Shown here: positions 30,801 through 35,523 of the stretch, piece by piece
Numbering within the stretch: the first letter of the stretch is position 1
Layout of the letters: the number at the start of each line of letters is the position of its first letter
IMG/VR virus record: IMGVR_UViG_3300045988_095824
Length of the DNA: 35,523 nt
Reading direction: 5' to 3' (one strand)
Origin: a virus
The notes under the pieces: model-generated
Told to the model about the DNA's origin: nothing
Databases searched by the model: none
What the model saw: the letters and a program-made list of their open reading frames with translations, nothing else
Made by a program: the position numbers and the translations under genes

Positions 30801-32381
30801 CTACGCCTTCGTGCGACCGAGCGCAGACAGGCGGCCCCCGATGTACCACCCGCGAAGCGCGAGGGCGTTCCAGAGGCCCGCGGCGAAAGCGCCGCAGGCA
30901 GCCCCATCCCCGAGGCCGCCGAAGCGCCGCACCTGTCGGAGGCCTTGGGATGTGAGCGGGTTGGCTCCGATGGCGTCGCACATGCCGGTGGTGCTCGTCG
31001 CGTTCAGGCCCGTGGGGATGATGACGCCGTTGGACAGGGTGAAGTCCTCGGCGTAGCGCCATGAGTCGTTCGTGGTCTTGTCGCGTGCGGTGAATTCGCC
31101 GATCTTGGTGTAGTTCGCCGTCGAGGTCTTGGATGCCTTGGTGATGTCGAACACGCGGTAGAGTTCGATGCGGCCGAGGTTGTCGTTGTCCTTGACGGCG
31201 TTGGCGATGAGGTCGGCGTCGCTTTCGTAGATGCCGTTGAACAGTTCGATGCCCTGTAGGCGGATGGGTTGGTGGTTGGCGGCGGACGCGGTGGATGGGC
31301 GGCCGTCGGTGCCGAGCAGCTTGTCGGTGGCCCCGGTCTTCCACGGCATGCTGTTGACGAAGCATGCGGTGGTCGTGGTGATGGCGTCGCCGTCGAGGTT
31401 GAGGGCGGTGTTGCTGGCGTCGATGGCGGTCTTGCTCAGGATGGTGCGTGCCCGGGCGGCGCTGTAGTTGCCGGTGTTGTTGCGTTCCTTGTCGGTGCCG
31501 ACGTTGACGGTGCTGCCGACGTCGAAGTTGTTGGCGTAGCTGGTGGCGATGATGACGCGCTTGACGCCGGTTTCGGCCTTGGTGACGGCGGTCTGAGGCG
31601 TGTACTGCCAGCAGCCGCCGAGCACGTCCGAGTTTTTGGTGGCGTATTTGAGCATGAGCATGAGCTGGACGTAGAAGGTGTCGCCGGCGCAGCGGCCGGC
31701 GTAGCCCTTGCCTTTCTTGAGCGCGTAGTCGATGGCTCGGTTCTGGGAGCCGAATTCTCGGTCGATCTCCTTGCCGCTGACGGACAGGGGGCGTTGCTGG
31801 GAGTCGAGGGAGGCGGCGTATTTCGCGAACAACAGGCATGGCCGTTTGCTGCCGTCGGGCAGCAGCACGCCGGGCAATGGCGCGTAACCGTCGTACTGGG
31901 TGTCGCTGTACAGGAATTCGTTGTGGGTGCTCGTGCTTTCGAGCTTGTAGTATCCGGGGCATGTCATGACGTACACGTCGCCGTTGCTGCCGTCGCGTTT
32001 GAAGCGGGTGTCGATGCCGTCGATGGCGGTGACATGGGGCACGCCGTCGTCGTCCACGGTGGCGTTGACGTCCCATGTGCGGAAGGCAGGCAGTGCGGCG
32101 TAGTCGTCGCGTCCGGCCTTGGCGTTGGTGCTGATCTCGATGGTCAGGTTGGCGTTGTCTCGGGTCTTCACGCCGGTTGGCGTGTTGCTGTACGTGTATT
32201 TGGGAAATCTCACGCCGTACACCTTGCCGTCCTTGTGGGCGGCGAAGTAGGCGGCGATGTTGCCGTATTCGCCCTTGGTGCCGTCGTACTCGAATCGCAC
32301 GCCCTTGGCGGCGTTGGCGTGCACCTTGGCGATGAGCTTGGCGGTGTCGGCGAGGGTCATGACCTTCTGTGTGTTCGCCAT
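30801..32381 (-). CDS. DGR variable (target) protein; putative receptor-binding tail protein
   Basis: 526 aa, GGAAGGAG RBS, downstream of the BppU-like gene. The C-terminal 37 codons are encoded by VR (..RRFGGLGDGAACGAFAAGLWNALALRGWYIGGRLS..). Confidence 0.85.
   Translation of the reverse strand: MANTQKVMTLADTAKLIAKVHANAAKGVRFEYDGTKGEYGNIAAYFAAHKDGKVYGVRFPKYTYSNTPTGVKTRDNANLTIEISTNAKAGRDDYAALPAFRTWDVNATVDDDGVPHVTAIDGIDTRFKRDGSNGDVYVMTCPGYYKLESTSTHNEFLYSDTQYDGYAPLPGVLLPDGSKRPCLLFAKYAASLDSQQRPLSVSGKEIDREFGSQNRAIDYALKKGKGYAGRCAGDTFYVQLMLMLKYATKNSDVLGGCWQYTPQTAVTKAETGVKRVIIATSYANNFDVGSTVNVGTDKERNNTGNYSAARARTILSKTAIDASNTALNLDGDAITTTTACFVNSMPWKTGATDKLLGTDGRPSTASAANHQPIRLQGIELFNGIYESDADLIANAVKDNDNLGRIELYRVFDITKASKTSTANYTKIGEFTARDKTTNDSWRYAEDFTLSNGVIIPTGLNATSTTGMCDAIGANPLTSQGLRQVRRFGGLGDGAACGAFAAGLWNALALRGWYIGGRLSALGRTKA
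30824..30933 (-). repeat. DGR variable repeat (VR), 110 bp, at the 3' end of the target gene
   Basis: Counterpart of TR; see TR evidence. Confidence 0.9.
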
Positions 32382-32397
32382 GATGGCTCCTTCCTGT

Positions 32398-33120
32398 TTA
32401 TCGGTTGATGATGTCGAGCGCCCAGTCGATGTCGGACTGGGTGAGCGGCGGAATCGTTTCGGCGTCGGACAATGCCGGCGCGATCACGGTGTCGTACTGG
32501 GCGTCTATGTCGGATTGGGTCGCGAAGACCACGCCGGCGGCCGCGCTGGCGGCGATCTTGGCCTTGCAGTCGTCGGAGAGCTGCCGGTATTCGATCACGC
32601 TGGTGCGTGCCGCGTCTGCGGCGTCCTTGGCTTCGCCGGCCGCGCTGACGGCCTTGTTGATGGCCGTGGTCGCGTCGTCTATGAGCTTGTCGAGCACGCC
32701 CATCTGATCCTGCGCGTCGGGCGCGGTCGCGTCGAACACGGCTCGTTCGACGATGCCGTGGAAGTTGCGCGAACAGATCCTCGTGCCGTTGACGCTGACC
32801 TCGATGCCCATGAGGATCGCGCCGGCGTGCTGCAACGCCTTGCGCGGCACGGCGACACGGTACGTGGCCGTGGTGGTGCCGAACACTGCTGGCATGCTCA
32901 CGCGGTCGCCCAGCCCGCTGCCGGGACTGGTGTTGTAGGCGAGCGCGACGGTGATGCCGGTGGTGTCGGTGATGGGGGTGCCGTTGTCGGTGAGTTCGAC
33001 GGTGATGGTGCGGCCGTTGATGTCGCCGGCGTTGAGGCGTATGTCTGCGATGTAGCCGTTGGCTAGGTCGAGTTGGATGGGTTCGCCTGTGGCTTCGCGG
33101 AAGCTGTCAAGCGTTGCCAT
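32398..33120 (-). CDS. BppU-like baseplate / receptor-binding-complex protein
   Basis: N-terminus ..IQLDLANGYIADIRLNAGDINGRTITVELTDNGTPITDTTG.. resembles the BppU_N pattern, followed by an A/D-rich coiled coil. Confidence 0.5.
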   Translation of the reverse strand: MATLDSFREATGEPIQLDLANGYIADIRLNAGDINGRTITVELTDNGTPITDTTGITVALAYNTSPGSGLGDRVSMPAVFGTTTATYRVAVPRKALQHAGAILMGIEVSVNGTRICSRNFHGIVERAVFDATAPDAQDQMGVLDKLIDDATTAINKAVSAAGEAKDAADAARTSVIEYRQLSDDCKAKIAASAAAGVVFATQSDIDAQYDTVIAPALSDAETIPPLTQSDIDWALDIINR

Positions 33121-33307
33121 TGCCGTCGTCCTTGTTTTCGAGCTGGCTGCGGAGTTCGGCTATCTGCGCGTCCTTGATGTCGCACATGGCGGCGAGTGTG
33201 GCGATCTGCCGGTTCGCGTCGGCGAGTTGTTCGGAAAGCTTCTGCGATACGAGTCGGTCGAAGCTGACGTACTGCTGGTCATCGTTCATTTTTCTACTAC
33301 CTTTCAT
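33107..33307 (-). CDS. Small coiled-coil protein (66 aa)
   Basis: ..LSEQLADANRQIATLAAMCDIKDAQIAELRSQLENKDD, ATGA overlap with the upstream gene. Lower-GC region. Confidence 0.5.
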   Translation of the reverse strand: MKGSRKMNDDQQYVSFDRLVSQKLSEQLADANRQIATLAAMCDIKDAQIAELRSQLENKDDGNGNA

Positions 33308-33849
33308 CTGGTTATTGGTTGCGGCATGAGGCTTGCGTAGAAGCTTTCCTCGGCGTTGTCGATGGCATTGGCAACCGTCTTGTCCGAGAGCAGGTCGGAA
33401 AGCGCCTGTGCGTCAACGCAGGACGTGTCTATGCCGGTTCCGGCGTCTGAGTCTTCGAGGGCGTATGTCGATACCGATTGCGCCTGTTGCGGGATGGTTG
33501 GTAGGTGCATGCCTTTTCTGGTGTCGTTGCGGGCTACAGTCAGCGGATCGTTCTGGACGGTTCCGTCATCGGCGAGCATTGACATGTCCGCCGCACTGTC
33601 GTTCAGCGCCGCTTCGAGCGCTTCATAGGCCTCCGTCCAGACCCCCCTGCCGGTTGACGGATCGTATCGCGTCGTGTCCTCGACGCCTTGCATTATCGCG
33701 GCGACTGCTTCGGCTGTGGATCCAAGTCCGAGCAGTGCCGTCCAGGATGCAATGGTTCCTGGGGAGAACACGAATTGCTGGTATCCGTTGACGGGTTCGT
33801 CGCAGTTGACGATGATGTTCCCGTCGCTCATTGTCATGGTTTGTCTCAT
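33304..33849 (-). CDS. Hypothetical tail-module protein (181 aa)
   Basis: AAGGAAAG RBS and protein-like acidic composition. Confidence 0.55.
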   Translation of the reverse strand: MRQTMTMSDGNIIVNCDEPVNGYQQFVFSPGTIASWTALLGLGSTAEAVAAIMQGVEDTTRYDPSTGRGVWTEAYEALEAALNDSAADMSMLADDGTVQNDPLTVARNDTRKGMHLPTIPQQAQSVSTYALEDSDAGTGIDTSCVDAQALSDLLSDKTVANAIDNAEESFYASLMPQPITR

Positions 33850-33861
33850 GTTTGGCTTTCC

Positions 33862-35523
33862 TTATTTGACGAGCCATCCGAAGGTGTCGCAATACATGTC
33901 GACCGTACATGGGTTCCGGTCGGCGTTGTACATTAGGATGTCCCATCCGGATTGTCCTCCGGTGTTTTTGACGTGCATGATGATGCCGCCCCATTCTCCG
34001 TCAGCGTTTGCGACGGCGTAGTATCTGCCGTATTTTGCCGGCGACGACGCGGTGAAGTGCACGGTCGCGGCCGCGCCGACCGAGATCGCCCCGCCGTTCG
34101 GCATCCATGCCTTCCATGCCATGGATCCATCGAGAGTATGACGGTTCGCATAGCCTCCGAGGAAGCCTCCCATGTAGAGGTATCCGGTGTTGATGTCTGC
34201 CTTCACCCCGACGGCGCCGTTCGGATCCCATGCCGCAAGTTCCGAATACGTGTCCATCGCGTTTGTGTCTGGAGAGGCCGAAGACACCAGTCGTGCGCCG
34301 GAGCTTTTCGCGTCATTTGACGACAGGCTGTAGTCGCGCATGACGAGTGCCTGGAAGACACCTCGCATCTTGGCGTTGTCGGTTTTCGTGCTGCCGACTC
34401 GTACGAAGGCGCCTGGATCTGTGTTCGCGCGACGACCGCCGTTGAAGGTGAGCGTCGAGATCTCGCCCACCTCGGAATTCGTGGACTCGGCAGCGATGTA
34501 TGGCTGCTGCGCCGCATCTGTCGCGTGGATGAACGAGATGCCGGCGCCGGTGATGTCGGCGGATCCTTCGATCGGCTTCTGTTTGAATTTCGGGCTCATC
34601 CACAGGCGAGATCCGGACGTGCCAGTCTGGAAGGTTCCTGTGAGCGTGTTATGGCCTCCGCTGCCGTCGAGATGAACCGTTTCGACGCCGTTGGCGTCGG
34701 TCATGGAGAATATGCCGCTGTCGAGGTTCCAGTAGCTTCTCGCGCCGCTGATGATGCCGCTTCGCAGGTAGGTGGCGTTGACGTACAGCAGTCCTCCGCT
34801 CATGTACAGGCCCTGCAGCTGGCCGTTGTTCGTGAGCTTGTTGAAGATGTACTGCTGTGTGAGCGCCTTCTCGAACGTGTTCACATGGCTCGTGGCCGTG
34901 TTGTCGGCATACGATTTGGCGGCTTCGAGCGTGCTGGTGTCACCGTCGGCCGCCGCCTTCTTCGCCGCCTCGAGGGCCGCGTTCGCCTTGTTCGTCGCGT
35001 CCGTGGAAGCGGCTTTCTTGGCGTTGGCTTCCGCGCTGTTCGCCTTCTTGGTAGCATCGGCCGCGGCCGCTGATTGCGCGGCATTGGCCTTGCTTGTGGC
35101 GTCGGCCTTCGCGGACGCGAGCGTGTTCGAGCCGATGCCGTCGGCGTATTTCTTGGCCGCCGCCTCGGCTTCGGAGGTGAGCCGCTGTGCCGCCGTGGTG
35201 GTGGCGAGGTCGCTCGCCTTGTTCCCGGCAATGGTACTGGTTCCGGCCAGCCGGAATTCGCCGGTGGTCATGTCCCAGTACTGCAGGCCCTTCTTGTCGG
35301 TCAGGATGCCCGCCTTGACGAGGTTCGCGTCCAAGACGCCGGACTTGACGTAGGACGCGTTGGCATACAGGTTGCCGTTCTCCATGAAAAGGCCCTGGAT
35401 CTTGCCGTAGTTCGTGAGCCGGTCGAACACGCTCTTCTGCCCAAGGGACTCGTCCAAGGCGTCCACGTACGCCTGCGCCGCCTTCTTCGCCGCCTCGAGG
35501 GCCGCGTTCGCCTTGTTCGTCGC
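33862..35523 (-). CDS. Tal-fibre fusion protein, C-terminal part (same gene as 1..1811; 35405..35523 duplicates 1..119)
   Basis: The frame stays open upstream of the track's GTG at 35466 (..ATNKANAALEAAKKAAQAY|VDALDES..). It has A/K-rich coiled coils, a duplicated module (FDRLTNYGKIQGLFMENGNLYANASYVKSG / FNKLTNNGQLQGLYMSGGLLYVNATYLRSG) and a globular C-terminus. Confidence 0.8.
   Translation of the reverse strand, partial: ATNKANAALEAAKKAAQAYVDALDESLGQKSVFDRLTNYGKIQGLFMENGNLYANASYVKSGVLDANLVKAGILTDKKGLQYWDMTTGEFRLAGTSTIAGNKASDLATTTAAQRLTSEAEAAAKKYADGIGSNTLASAKADATSKANAAQSAAAADATKKANSAEANAKKAASTDATNKANAALEAAKKAAADGDTSTLEAAKSYADNTATSHVNTFEKALTQQYIFNKLTNNGQLQGLYMSGGLLYVNATYLRSGIISGARSYWNLDSGIFSMTDANGVETVHLDGSGGHNTLTGTFQTGTSGSRLWMSPKFKQKPIEGSADITGAGISFIHATDAAQQPYIAAESTNSEVGEISTLTFNGGRRANTDPGAFVRVGSTKTDNAKMRGVFQALVMRDYSLSSNDAKSSGARLVSSASPDTNAMDTYSELAAWDPNGAVGVKADINTGYLYMGGFLGGYANRHTLDGSMAWKAWMPNGGAISVGAAATVHFTASSPAKYGRYYAVANADGEWGGIIMHVKNTGGQSGWDILMYNADRNPCTVDMYCDTFGWLVK
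35405..35523. repeat. Terminal redundancy, copy 2 (identical to 1..119)
   Basis: 119/119 identical to the window start. Confidence 0.9.

Larger units (their letters stand above)
29150..32381 (-). mobile_element. Diversity-generating retroelement cassette: target gene-VR, hairpin, TR, spacer, RT
   Basis: See the component features. The TR/VR alignment shows adenine-restricted mismatches. Confidence 0.9.
1..35404. mobile_element. Complete temperate siphovirus-type phage genome, circular unit length 35,404 bp
   Basis: Full set of lysogeny, replication, packaging, head, tail and lysis modules is present. An exact 119-bp terminal redundancy and an ORF continuous across the junction close the circle. 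Confidence 0.85.

Noticed and set aside
30386-30907. Upstream extension of the RT ORF (track ORF 29150..30907) running through TR and VR
   Set aside because: There is no stop codon only because of GC richness. The extension crosses the noncoding TR and the 3' end of the target gene in a different frame. The first canonical start in frame is ATG 30385, and the RT-like sequence starts there.
34951-35004. 54-bp exact repeat (also at 72..125) considered as a second DGR VR/TR-like pair or a recombination switch
   Set aside because: The copies are identical, so there is no A-specific divergence. Both lie in frame within the same fibre gene and encode a duplicated coiled-coil segment. There is no similarity to the TR.
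1-35523. Search for CRISPR arrays, rRNA genes, transposases or IS elements
   Set aside because: No regularly spaced direct repeats with unique spacers were seen, and no rRNA-like or transposase-like ORFs. The only recombinase is the tyrosine integrase.

Overview
The window is one complete temperate siphovirus-type phage genome from a high-GC Gram-positive host. WhiB, leaderless starts and the protein families suggest an actinobacterial, Bifidobacterium-like host, but host assignment is inference. The last 119 bp (35405..35523) repeat the first 119 bp exactly, and one minus-strand ORF reads without a stop across that junction. The molecule is therefore a closed circle of 35,404 bp.

Gene order on the minus strand (descending coordinates):
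- Cro-like switch gene, two small genes, an SPFH/Band-7 membrane operon, and a ~340-bp noncoding region holding a tRNA-like T-arm.
- Early/replication module: SSB, a replication organiser with an internal iteron array, an HNH endonuclease, an Orn-like exonuclease, a lipoprotein and WhiB.
- tRNA-Ser(GCT), then HNH, TerS, TerL, portal, and a MuF-like protein with a nuclease/toxin-like C-terminus.
- Scaffold, HK97-type capsid, connectors, major tail protein, G/G-T chaperones with a CCCAAAC -1 slippery site, tape measure, Dit, and a 1117-aa Tal-fibre that crosses the junction.
- BppU-like protein, a diversity-generating retroelement (DGR), then the lysis cassette.

On the plus strand sit a cI-like repressor, attP (the 3' part of a tRNA-Met), a tyrosine integrase and a BrnT/BrnA toxin-antitoxin pair.

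The standout feature is a complete DGR. It has a 110-bp TR and a 110-bp VR with 15 mismatches, every one at a TR adenine. The RT carries YMDD and IGxxxSQ motifs, a GC hairpin with a GAAA loop lies after the VR, and no Avd gene is recognisable.

Many long ORFs in the supplied track are GC-rich shadow frames (R/P/H-rich) and were rejected. Real starts were reassigned using RBS motifs and about 15 ATGA stop/start overlaps. All family assignments come from motif recognition by eye; no database search was run.
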